Shown here: positions 55,326-64,000 of the stretch, in pieces
Layout: every line of letters starts with the position of its first letter
Position numbering within the stretch: the stretch's first letter is position 1
Assembly (NCBI GenBank): GCA_965226555.1
Contig: CBDDDG010000010.1
Location: 256,001-320,000 of the forward strand
DNA: 64,000 nt
Reading direction: 5' to 3'
From: Salinispira sp.
GTDB lineage: Bacteria > Spirochaetota > Spirochaetia > DSM-27196 > Salinispiraceae
Notes under the pieces: generated by a model
What the model was told of the DNA's origin: nothing
Seen by the model: only the letters and a program-made list of their open reading frames with translations
Databases searched by the model: none
Position numbers and translations under genes: made by a program

Positions 55326-56437
55326 GCGGGACTTATGGCTGCTTTTTTCTGTACCTTCGGCTTTCCCGAAAAACAGGGGCAGAGCGATTTGAAAAGCGGG
55401 CCATGGTGGACAATCATTACCTGATACAGGATTCGAGGTAAAATGCGGGCGAGTTCGGCATAGCTCATACCAACTGTGTATTGAAACAAATTTACTTCCT
55501 TTGCTGCCCCGCCAACTGAAGCATCAACTGAAGCTCCATACGGCACAGACGGCTCGCCAACTAAATTGCCATAAGCAGCAGCCCTTGCCGCTTGCCCGCC
55601 ATCTACAAAAGGCAGCGCAACGGTGGGATTCATCAATATTCCGCAGATAAATGCCGCATCAACACCCTGATCCATAAGATACCGGGCGCAGGTAAAATCG
55701 TTAAGGCCGATCCTTCGCCTATCCTGTGTGTGCAGGTAGGCAATGCCATCCAGAATTTGCTCCAGCGGACCCTTTGAATAATGAAATGCGCGGGACATAT
55801 CATACCGGGAGCGCACAATTCCCACCTTGATCAGGGCATCGTGCATTGAACGAAACAACTGTTCAAGATTGGTGTTATTGAGAGCTGTGCGGAAGGCCAT
55901 AACAGCGATATCGGTTCCCTGGTTGTTTTTATGAATAATGGCCGGAATGTCATAATTTATTACATACATACCGCGGATATGTTTGACCGATTGTCCATTA
56001 ATGGTACATACGCTATTTTTCGAAACCCAGAGACTAAAAAGCTCTTCTGCGCTTATATCGAATATCTTCAGGGCCTGAAAGGCTCCAATGATCTCAGAAT
56101 CCTCAAAACTCCGGTGAAAATAGTTTTCAAATGAGGTGATCATCGCGGGGGTGAAGGCTTCCCTCCCCATGACGGCAAAATGAAGTTTCAGCGCATAGTA
56201 TTGTTCGATAATGTTATTTTTTACAATAAATTCACCGGGGAAGTTCGCCATATAGATTAATTCCATGGCGGAGCAATATTTTTCGGTGGATTTCAGCACC
56301 TTGAGCATGGTGCTTTCAACAAGTACCCCGTTCGTTTCGGGGCGGAGGGCAACAAAAATATCCTGATAATTCGGATCGGTTGCGGGGCCGGGATATGGGA
56401 CGATAATGGTCGGTAATCCGTTCATTTTCACAGCCAA
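55307..56437 (-). CDS. Hypothetical protein downstream of pheT
   Basis: 376-aa ORF abutting the pheT stop. Confidence 0.65.
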   Translation of the reverse strand: MAVKMNGLPTIIVPYPGPATDPNYQDIFVALRPETNGVLVESTMLKVLKSTEKYCSAMELIYMANFPGEFIVKNNIIEQYYALKLHFAVMGREAFTPAMITSFENYFHRSFEDSEIIGAFQALKIFDISAEELFSLWVSKNSVCTINGQSVKHIRGMYVINYDIPAIIHKNNQGTDIAVMAFRTALNNTNLEQLFRSMHDALIKVGIVRSRYDMSRAFHYSKGPLEQILDGIAYLHTQDRRRIGLNDFTCARYLMDQGVDAAFICGILMNPTVALPFVDGGQAARAAAYGNLVGEPSVPYGASVDASVGGAAKEVNLFQYTVGMSYAELARILPRILYQVMIVHHGPLFKSLCPCFSGKPKVQKKAAISPAQSPQM

Positions 56438-58201
56438 TTATCCACCCAGGAGCATATCCAGATCAATTTCACAGGCGCTCGCCGGCATACTAATACTCCA
56501 ATTCACCAGAATTCCAGGATGCAGTTCTCCAAACACCCCTACCTGCCTGCCATGTACCATAAGAGCGGCAACACGCCCGTTGATGAAACGAAGGTCATTC
56601 GATTCTTCAATAGTATATGTTTTTCCAATATAATAAAACAATGTTGCTACCTGACTCGAAATATGATTAAAGCCCGCATTCTGATCCGCTACGACAAAAC
56701 CGAGCGCATTTTTACTCCGTGAACCATAGGCATTTTCGGCATCGGGCGAGACTGTCTTACCCACTTCAAAAATAGCATGGGGATATGCCGCATTGCCCGA
56801 TACCGATTCAGCATTCAGTAAGGCAGGGAGAATTGAATTGCGAAGGAATTCATGATTTTCACTCATGGGGTTAAGAATTTGCACAATGTCCGCCGGTAAT
56901 AATATATCGCACAATGAGTCATGGGACGATGTTTTGTCATCGGATTCGGATGCTATGAGAGAAAAATTTGGATGCATTCGATAAATATAATCGCGGGCAG
57001 AACCAAGATAGTTGAATATCATCTCCTGAAAACCAAGTCCGACCATAACATTCCGCACGCTGCGCATAAATTCTTCTATCGGTGTAAGCCGGCCAATGGT
57101 AAAATCGTTCGGAAGTTCGGGGCTGAAACTGTCCATGCCCCTGCCTATCATAACATCTTCCGCAACATCGACACTATGGAGAAAGTCGTTCCGGTATTCG
57201 GGGGGAACGAGCAGTAATGAATTGCGGGACTTCACTATCTTGTTTCCCATGCGCTCAAGCGATTGCCGAATTTCCGTGCTATTTAGCCGGAGGCCCAGCA
57301 GGCTGTTAATTGAATGTGATTCGACCTTCTGCGCTTCCTGAAAATAATAGGGGATGGTAATTTCTCTGCCAAACTCGGTAGTAAAAGGATATTCTGCTTT
57401 TACGGGCAGTATCGTGAAGCCTTCGTCCGCCAGATCACAGGCAACAATTGAGGCTGTGAGTATGAGATTTTGAAGATTTGTACCCGTCAGCTCTACAAAA
57501 ATCTCATTATGACCAACCTCTACAGCGCCGATATCCGCGGAATTAATAACCGGCGGATAACTGAGGACAGCACCTTTATCATCGCAGAGAAGGGGAAAAA
57601 GCGGATGTTCGGCAACAATGTGCCCATATTCCTGCCCCTTGGGATGATCTTCATTTATTTTCCGGAGGCTCATGGGATGATCGAAGCCCAGAGGGACAAA
57701 GGTTGTTGTATCGGGGTCGGCGCCGCGGTAGTGCACAGGATATTGAATGCGGTCGTTTCGATATATGCCCATGGCAATGGCCCTGCGTTTCTGCCCGAAA
57801 TTCCAGCAGAGTTTTTCCTGTGTCTGGATAATTTCATTCAGTATGTCTTCTGTTATTGTCCGGCCGCCTGCGGCAAATCCGACAATGTAGGGGCGGATAT
57901 TTTGAATGCTTTTGTCTACCTGTATGCGGCGGTTAGCGGAATTTTTCGTGTCGTTTATGCGTGAAAAGAAGGGGTATTCGGGAATGTCGGCGCCTTCATA
58001 GATGCGCAGAAGGCGGGTAAGACCGGCAAGCGACCAGAGATCGGGGCGGTTCGTATCGTTTAGTTCGATTTTAATGGTATTGTCCAGCATTTCATCGAGT
58101 TCGGCCTTGGCAACGGTAAGTAATTTTTCGAGTTCATTGTTGGTACAGGTTTTTCCGAGGCGGGCAAAAAATGCGCCTCGGGATAGTTCAATTTTAGGCA
58201 T
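56438..58201 (-). CDS. pheT: Phenylalanine--tRNA ligase beta subunit (short, archaeal/eukaryal-type)
   Basis: MPKIEL, ELNDTNRPDLWS, LSYPPVINS, PEYRNDFLH..DVAED, GVFGELHP; no OB-fold insert or FDX tail. Confidence 0.93.
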   Translation of the reverse strand: MPKIELSRGAFFARLGKTCTNNELEKLLTVAKAELDEMLDNTIKIELNDTNRPDLWSLAGLTRLLRIYEGADIPEYPFFSRINDTKNSANRRIQVDKSIQNIRPYIVGFAAGGRTITEDILNEIIQTQEKLCWNFGQKRRAIAMGIYRNDRIQYPVHYRGADPDTTTFVPLGFDHPMSLRKINEDHPKGQEYGHIVAEHPLFPLLCDDKGAVLSYPPVINSADIGAVEVGHNEIFVELTGTNLQNLILTASIVACDLADEGFTILPVKAEYPFTTEFGREITIPYYFQEAQKVESHSINSLLGLRLNSTEIRQSLERMGNKIVKSRNSLLLVPPEYRNDFLHSVDVAEDVMIGRGMDSFSPELPNDFTIGRLTPIEEFMRSVRNVMVGLGFQEMIFNYLGSARDYIYRMHPNFSLIASESDDKTSSHDSLCDILLPADIVQILNPMSENHEFLRNSILPALLNAESVSGNAAYPHAIFEVGKTVSPDAENAYGSRSKNALGFVVADQNAGFNHISSQVATLFYYIGKTYTIEESNDLRFINGRVAALMVHGRQVGVFGELHPGILVNWSISMPASACEIDLDMLLGG

Positions 58202-59819
58202 GGCGCATGCTCTCTGCGCTCGGCGGGGCTGCGCTCTGCTGGGCTGTTGCGCTCGGCGGGCGGGACTGACATCTGAGTCTGACTTTTTCAATGTCCATAC
58301 TGAAGAGTTCCCTGAGATCATTCAAGCCGAGACGCATAAGCGCCATACGGTCAATTCCAAGACCCCAGGCCAGAACAGGAACCTCAATACCCATTGGCCG
58401 AGTAACCTCTGGGCGAAAAATTCCTGCTCCCCCAAGCTCAAACCAGCCAAGTGTCGGATGCTCTATGTGAACCTCAACTGAGGGCTCCGTGAAGGGAAAA
58501 TATCCCGGAACATATTTAACAGCCGAGGCTCCCGCAATTTCAGTTGCGAACATCTTGAGGAGGCCAAGCAGAGTTCTCAACGATACGCTTTCCCCCAGAA
58601 CAATGCCTTCGGTCTGATAAAAATCGGAAAGATGGGTTGCATCTACCTGATCGTAACGGAAACAGCGGAGAATACCAAAGTACTTTCCGGGAACCCGCGC
58701 TTCGTGGAGTGTTTTTGCGCTCATCACGGTACCCTGACTTCGGAGAATGAGACGGCGTGTAAAATCTCTATTAAATTGATATCCCCATCCCCTGCTTCCC
58801 GTATCGGCTCCATTTTCATGAACAGCGGCAACATTATCCAGCCAGGGCTGTTCTATTTCTTTTGCATACAGGGGGTCTTTTACATAATAGACATCGTGAA
58901 TGTCGCGGGCTGCGTGAAATTGGGGCATAAACAGGGCATCGGAATTCCAGAATTCCGATTCCACCAGAGGACCGTCAAACTCTTCAAAGCCCAGCGCAAC
59001 CAATTTATCCCGAACCCAGTCGAGGTATTCTGAATATGGATTTTTTCTTCCCGCATACAGGCGGCTGGGAGGAAGCTGAATGGCATAGGGCCTGAAATGC
59101 GCCCCCTTCCAGCTGCCCTCTTTCAGCATTTTCGCGGTAAGTGCCGTAATTTCTTCCCCGCTTATGCCCTCATCACGGAGGGCATCATGTGTTTTTACCG
59201 CATCGTCGGTAAATGTATAGAGGACTTCTTCCCGTTCAATAATACGAAAAACGGCAGTAGAAGCTCCCCGTTTTTTCCCTATTCGGGCAAGTATGCCGCG
59301 TTCATCGGGGCTGAGATCATCCATATTATAGTGCGTTGCAGATTTTGTTCTGTTCAGAATGGCGCGGGTTTTTATAAGATCGATGGCGCATGATTCATCG
59401 CGCAGCACGACCTGTTTGTGATCATCCATGGAAAGCGCGCCCTGCTTTGAAAGCTGTCCGAAAGCTGAACCGACATCGCGGTTTTCCAGACCTAGGAGCT
59501 CAGCAATGCGCGGAAGCGCAGCGGCTCCGCGCTCTTTGAGAAGTGTGATAATTCGCTCGGCGGGAGTGCCGTTGCGCTTATATGTTTCCCCAAGCGCAGT
59601 AAGCTCATAATAGGTGAGTGTTTTCCGTTGATTTTCACTAATGAGCGATCGGGCTGCAAGCCAACTGAGAGCCTGATTTGCCTGCCCGGTATTAAAATGC
59701 AATTCACTGCACAGAAGATCCGCGCTGAGAATTTGGGGCGGGCGGGCAGGCGCCGAAGCTGATGACATAAAATGAAGGAGCACCTTAATTTCCAGCGGAT
59801 GTAGATTTCGTAGATCCAT
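58194..59819 (-). CDS. pheS: Phenylalanine--tRNA ligase alpha subunit (long, archaeal/eukaryal-type)
   Basis: FWNSDALFMPQFHAARD, FRYDQVDATH, YFPFTEPS, GIFRPE, AWGLGIDR. Confidence 0.95.
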   Translation of the reverse strand: MDLRNLHPLEIKVLLHFMSSASAPARPPQILSADLLCSELHFNTGQANQALSWLAARSLISENQRKTLTYYELTALGETYKRNGTPAERIITLLKERGAAALPRIAELLGLENRDVGSAFGQLSKQGALSMDDHKQVVLRDESCAIDLIKTRAILNRTKSATHYNMDDLSPDERGILARIGKKRGASTAVFRIIEREEVLYTFTDDAVKTHDALRDEGISGEEITALTAKMLKEGSWKGAHFRPYAIQLPPSRLYAGRKNPYSEYLDWVRDKLVALGFEEFDGPLVESEFWNSDALFMPQFHAARDIHDVYYVKDPLYAKEIEQPWLDNVAAVHENGADTGSRGWGYQFNRDFTRRLILRSQGTVMSAKTLHEARVPGKYFGILRCFRYDQVDATHLSDFYQTEGIVLGESVSLRTLLGLLKMFATEIAGASAVKYVPGYFPFTEPSVEVHIEHPTLGWFELGGAGIFRPEVTRPMGIEVPVLAWGLGIDRMALMRLGLNDLRELFSMDIEKVRLRCQSRPPSATAQQSAAPPSAESMRHA

Positions 59820-59862
59820 GTACTCTCCCGTGAGTTATGAGAACACCAGCAGTATACTGACT

Positions 59863-59916
59863 GAAAGTTTTGCATTGGAAAATTGTGCGCGCACAATTTT
59901 CCAATGCAAAACTTTG
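59863..59916. mobile_element. 54-bp palindromic element with TSD TGACT
   Basis: 52-bp perfect palindrome AAAGTTTTGCATTGGAAAATTGTGCGCGCACAATTTTCCAATGCAAAACTTT; TGACT at 59858-59862 and 59917-59921. Confidence 0.92.
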
Positions 59917-59999
59917 TGACTGTTTCTTATAGAAACCACACTATACGAAAATTTTATAAAATGCAAAAGTTTCAGGAGATTTATATGAGGAACATCTCA

Positions 60000-61586
60000 T
60001 TACTCTCTCTGCGTCATGCGTGACGGCCGCGCAAAAATTTCACCGCTTAATTTTCGTTCTCTGAAAAATCCGCGCTCAGGATTGTTAAAAGAGTCGTATG
60101 TTGCAAGCCGAAAGTAATACATTTTGTCGTTCTCAAGACCCTCAAGAAGCACCTCATCTACATTGCCCACATTTACCGGACTCACTCCGAGGGTACTATC
60201 TCTCCCGAAATAATTTCCGGGCGCATCTCCATAATACAAAAGATACCCTTCAGCGCCAATTACCTCACGCCAGAAAAGCCGTATTGTTTCATCGCCCGGC
60301 TGCGCGGTAATAGTAAGCGGCGCCGGCGGTATGGGATTATGTTCGTAATGAAAAACAAGATTCTGGACAATGGGAATGTTTTTCGCGCTCCCGTCCGGCA
60401 GAAAATCGATACGCACAAAAAGATAGCGCCCGAAACCGGAGCCCGCAGAAATATCTGAAGAAATAGTATGTTCATACATGCTCCTCGGGCTGAGGGGCGC
60501 CCAGATCAAAGAATCCGTAAAATGATCATATGACGTGAATGTTTCTCTCTGAAGCATGGAAAAGCGCAGCCCGCTGTTTCCCGGAGTCCGATAAAGCGCA
60601 TCGAATTCGGTAATGCGGGCGCCGTCGTGCCCGAGGTCTATTGGACCAATTACCGCATAGCCCGGTTCCTTCGATGCCGCTCCCAGCTCCGGCTTATCAA
60701 CCCAGGTACGCTGAATGCGCAGATCGTCCATGAAGCCCTGATAATTTGCCCCTATGGAAAGTGTGGTACCGGATTCTTCTCCAATGTGGAACAGAAAGGG
60801 ATCGCCCGATTCAGTGCCGGTGCCTGTTGCATAGGCAAGGTCATCGCTTATGCCATTAATGAGATATTCAACAAGACCCCACTGACTATTGTAGCGGAGT
60901 AAATGATGGCTCCAGCTTCGGGGAACAATTTTTCTGCGGCTTGTGAGAGAAATCGATTCATATTGTACGTGTGTCTGCCCCTGCTCATCGGCAAAGAGTC
61001 TCATGAATACATTGTCCATGCGCCATGTGAAATGTCCATTTTCTATGAAAGCACTGAGTTCCTGAATGGCGGGGTCTTCATCCAGCCAGGATCGTCCCTT
61101 CCAGTACAAAATTTCTTCGGAATCTCTGAACTCAGCAGGATATATCCAGAATTCTATTGTGAATGCATCGGGAGTATTACCCGGAGCAAAGAGGCTTTGC
61201 TGACCGGCACTGAGTTCGAGGCTTTCTCCCGGAAAAAATACGGCAGCGCCCTCTCCCCGGTACCAATGTGAATGCTGAACATTCGTCCAATTGCTCATAA
61301 CTTCATAGGGAAAAGAATTGTGAAGAATGTACTCAGCCGGATCAGTGTTAAATGGTAACAATACATCGGTGTATTCATCTCTATAATTTTCCGCATCGGC
61401 AAGACCGAGCGCGCTGTCATTCCATAGACCTGAGCGAACCTGCGCGCCGCTGAGAAGGTAGGTATGATCAACAGGGTTTATCTCCAGCTCATACTCAAGA
61501 GCATTCATGGAAACAGAACATGGCAGAATGATAATACTGAACACGCAGATTTTACAGATCACGGTATTCCGGCATTTTTTTAACAT
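60000..61586 (-). CDS. Exported LamG-like (concanavalin) + FN3 domain protein
   Basis: FTIEFWIYP, WSHH, YQGFMDDLRI; C-terminal GYLLYYG..PGNY..GLENDKMYYF; ORF-track N-terminus is repeat-derived. Confidence 0.75.
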   Translation of the reverse strand: MLKKCRNTVICKICVFSIIILPCSVSMNALEYELEINPVDHTYLLSGAQVRSGLWNDSALGLADAENYRDEYTDVLLPFNTDPAEYILHNSFPYEVMSNWTNVQHSHWYRGEGAAVFFPGESLELSAGQQSLFAPGNTPDAFTIEFWIYPAEFRDSEEILYWKGRSWLDEDPAIQELSAFIENGHFTWRMDNVFMRLFADEQGQTHVQYESISLTSRRKIVPRSWSHHLLRYNSQWGLVEYLINGISDDLAYATGTGTESGDPFLFHIGEESGTTLSIGANYQGFMDDLRIQRTWVDKPELGAASKEPGYAVIGPIDLGHDGARITEFDALYRTPGNSGLRFSMLQRETFTSYDHFTDSLIWAPLSPRSMYEHTISSDISAGSGFGRYLFVRIDFLPDGSAKNIPIVQNLVFHYEHNPIPPAPLTITAQPGDETIRLFWREVIGAEGYLLYYGDAPGNYFGRDSTLGVSPVNVGNVDEVLLEGLENDKMYYFRLATYDSFNNPERGFFRERKLSGEIFARPSRMTQRE

Positions 61587-61596
61587 GATATTCCTA

Positions 61597-61748
61597 CAAA
61601 GTTTTGCATTGCAAAATTGTGCGCGCACAATTTCCAGCAGCAAAAGTTTCTATATTACTGTATCGGCATGTGTTACTATATAGTAACACTCTGAGAAACT
61701 TTTGCATTGCAAAATTGCGCGTGCGCAATTTCCAGCAGCAAAGGTGTC
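61597..61748. mobile_element. Two 54-bp palindromic elements between divergent genes
   Basis: 61597-61650 and 61695-61748 match the family consensus. Confidence 0.8.
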
Positions 61749-61768
61749 GGATCTGGTAATGGCGCGTT

Positions 61769-63565
61769 GTGAATAGAGATGAATTAAAAAACAGTGTGAA
61801 TGATTTTCCTCTTAGTCCGGGAATCTACCTCATGAAAGATAGATACGGACGAATTATTTATGTGGGCAAGGCAAAAAAACTCCGTAACCGCATTCGTTCA
61901 TATTTTTCTCCCGTTAAGGATAAGAAAACATCTCTGCTTATTGGGAAGATTGATACCATTGATGTTGTTGTTACCGACAACGAATATGAAGCGCTTATTC
62001 TCGAAAATAACCTTATAAAGGAACATTCGCCCCGCTATAATATCAACCTGAAAGACGGCAAAACCTACCCTGTTATCCGAATTACTGCCGATGAGTACCC
62101 CCGGGTTTTCCGCACCCGAAACATCATTAAAGACGGCTCCGATTATTTCGGCCCCTTTGTGAACCTCAAAGCAACCGATATGTACCTTGGTATTATTGAT
62201 ACGCTTTTTCCTCTGCGGAAATGCAGGGGACGGCTGAAAAAACGGGAACACCCCTGCCTTTACTACCACATCGGAAAATGCCCCGGGCCCTGCGCCGGGC
62301 TCATTACGCGCAAAAAATACCAGCGGCAGGTTACGCGCATCCGAAATTTCCTCAGTTCCTCACCTGAGAACATAAAGCAGAATATACGGAAGAGTATGGA
62401 GAAGTCCGCGAAAAAGCTCAATTTTGAACGGGCTTCGGAATTCCGCGACAGCCTGCTCGCCATTGAAGCCATGGAAAAAGATCAGCATGTAAATGACTTC
62501 GACAATGAGAAACGGGATTATACGGCATTTCATGAGCATGGAGGAATTATCAGCTTTGTGGTGTTTCAGATGCGGCAGGGAAAGTTGATCGGAACCGATA
62601 TTTTTCGCAGCCGGAATTTTGCGGATGATGGAGACGGTAGTCTTGAACAGTTCATTATGCGCTACTATGAAGATATACGAAAACCGCCCTCCGTTTTGTA
62701 TGTTCTCGCCGACACCGTAGACTTCGGGCTTCTTGAGCGGTTTTTCAGAAAACACCAAGGGGCTGCGGTGCGGGTGCGCGCTGCGGAATCGGACAGGGAT
62801 CGCCGCCTCCTGCGCATGGCAAAGGAGAATGCGCGGCACGATAGCGTTAAACGCGCCAGAGAAATAGGTGATGAAGAGGGTATTACCGAGCTGAAGAAGT
62901 TATTCAAGCTTCCCGGTCTTCCGCGGCGCATTGAGGGTTTTGACATTGCTCATATGCAGGGAAAGTACACGGTGGCAGCCCTCGTGAGCTTTTGGAATGG
63001 AATTCCCGATAAGAAAAATTATCGCTATTTTAATATGCGCAATACACAGAACAAAATTGACGACTATGAATCTATGCGGGAAGTCATAGCCAGAAGATAT
63101 ACCAAACTTTTGAATGAAAAAAAGACTCTGCCGGATCTCATTCTTCTTGATGGTGGAAAGGGTCAGCTTAGTGCCGCCTGCCGGATTCTTGAGGGCATAG
63201 GATTGAAGGGACTTCCCATTCTCAGTCTGGCAAAGCAGGAGGAAGAGATATTTCTCCCCGGACATGCGCAAGGGTTCATTCTGCCAGCAGGGAGTCCCGG
63301 ACTCCGTGTTCTTCAGGCGGTACGGGATGAAGCGCACCGCTTTGCGACCAGTCGGAGGGCAGCATCACAAAGCGGGGAAATTAGACTGCAGCAACTGGAA
63401 GCAATACAGGGAATAGGACCCAAACGTGCAAAAAGGCTCATGGAATTCAGCGGATCATTGGACACGCTTGCTGCCAGCGCAGTCTCCGAAATTGCGGAAG
63501 CATGCGGCATCAGCAAAGAACTTGCCCGGGCTGCCAGAGACAGTATCAGGAAAAATTTTCAGTAG
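61769..63565 (+). CDS. uvrC: Excinuclease ABC subunit C
   Basis: PGIYLM..IIYVGKAKKL, PRYNINLKD, RIEGFDIAH, DLILLDGGKGQ, RDEAHRFA, GIGPKR. Confidence 0.97.
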   Translation: MNRDELKNSVNDFPLSPGIYLMKDRYGRIIYVGKAKKLRNRIRSYFSPVKDKKTSLLIGKIDTIDVVVTDNEYEALILENNLIKEHSPRYNINLKDGKTYPVIRITADEYPRVFRTRNIIKDGSDYFGPFVNLKATDMYLGIIDTLFPLRKCRGRLKKREHPCLYYHIGKCPGPCAGLITRKKYQRQVTRIRNFLSSSPENIKQNIRKSMEKSAKKLNFERASEFRDSLLAIEAMEKDQHVNDFDNEKRDYTAFHEHGGIISFVVFQMRQGKLIGTDIFRSRNFADDGDGSLEQFIMRYYEDIRKPPSVLYVLADTVDFGLLERFFRKHQGAAVRVRAAESDRDRRLLRMAKENARHDSVKRAREIGDEEGITELKKLFKLPGLPRRIEGFDIAHMQGKYTVAALVSFWNGIPDKKNYRYFNMRNTQNKIDDYESMREVIARRYTKLLNEKKTLPDLILLDGGKGQLSAACRILEGIGLKGLPILSLAKQEEEIFLPGHAQGFILPAGSPGLRVLQAVRDEAHRFATSRRAASQSGEIRLQQLEAIQGIGPKRAKRLMEFSGSLDTLAASAVSEIAEACGISKELARAARDSIRKNFQ

Positions 63566-63629
63566 CAAAATTTTCTATAAAATGTTATATCCTGTAGAAA
63601 ACTCACTGATATGAAGGCATGGAGGTCTC

Positions 63630-64000
63630 ATGAATGTTACCAACACACTCAGATACGGGGGAACATGCAATTTTTCTGTTAAGCCGGGCGCTGCCGCGCT
63701 TGACATTAGCGGACTCAGCTTTGCGTATCCCCGAGATACGGAATGTGTGTTGCAGGACCTCAATATACGTGTGGAACCGGGCGAGCGTGTAGCTCTTGCA
63801 GGCCCGAACGGAGCAGGAAAATCGACCCTGCTTAAAATTATTATGGGAGAACTCTCATTCCGAAACGGAAGTATACTCATCTACGGACATCCCGTGCAGC
63901 GCTGCCACCACAGGGTTGCCGTTATACCGCAACGATCGAAGATCGACTGGAATTTTCCCCTGAATGTACGGCAAATTGTGAACATGGGGCGTTATCCTCA
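63630..64000 (+). CDS. Metal (Mn/Zn) ABC transporter ATP-binding protein, partial
   Basis: RBS GGAGG; GPNGAGKSTL, PQRSKIDWNFPLNV..IV.MGRYP; runs off the window. Confidence 0.88.
   Translation, partial: MNVTNTLRYGGTCNFSVKPGAAALDISGLSFAYPRDTECVLQDLNIRVEPGERVALAGPNGAGKSTLLKIIMGELSFRNGSILIYGHPVQRCHHRVAVIPQRSKIDWNFPLNVRQIVNMGRYP

Overview
Bacterial chromosomal window, most likely from a spirochaete (inferred from archaeal-type PheS/PheT, a stand-alone groEL and an HDOD protein). FN3/DUF285 lipoprotein expansion and many deletions suggest a host-associated lineage. Housekeeping genes (M32 carboxypeptidase, thrS, topA, groEL, pheST, thrH, uvrC, three ABC transporter loci) are interspersed with FN3-stalk surface lipoproteins (two GH18+PA14 copies, a beta-propeller with a pentanucleotide SSR, DUF285/BspA-like), an AlbA_2/ParA/RhuM cluster with a deletion-collapsed duplicate, an IS30 element and five Rpn (PD-(D/E)XK, YhgA-like) genes or fragments. 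The most unusual signal is a family of about 24 tiny palindromic elements (25-155 bp, ends GAAA(G/C)TTTTGC...GCAAAA(G/C)TTTC). Several have 5-bp target duplications, one has an empty/filled site pair inside the window, and many sit just upstream of ribosome-binding sites. In two different Rpn lineages the same ~126-bp composite is inserted immediately before the internal RBS of the small C-terminal protein. Rpn genes also appear to exchange C-terminal tails: an intact displaced tail lies right behind one gene, bounded by ATTGAG direct repeats. No rRNA, tRNA or CRISPR array was seen. All calls come from reading the sequence; no searches were run.
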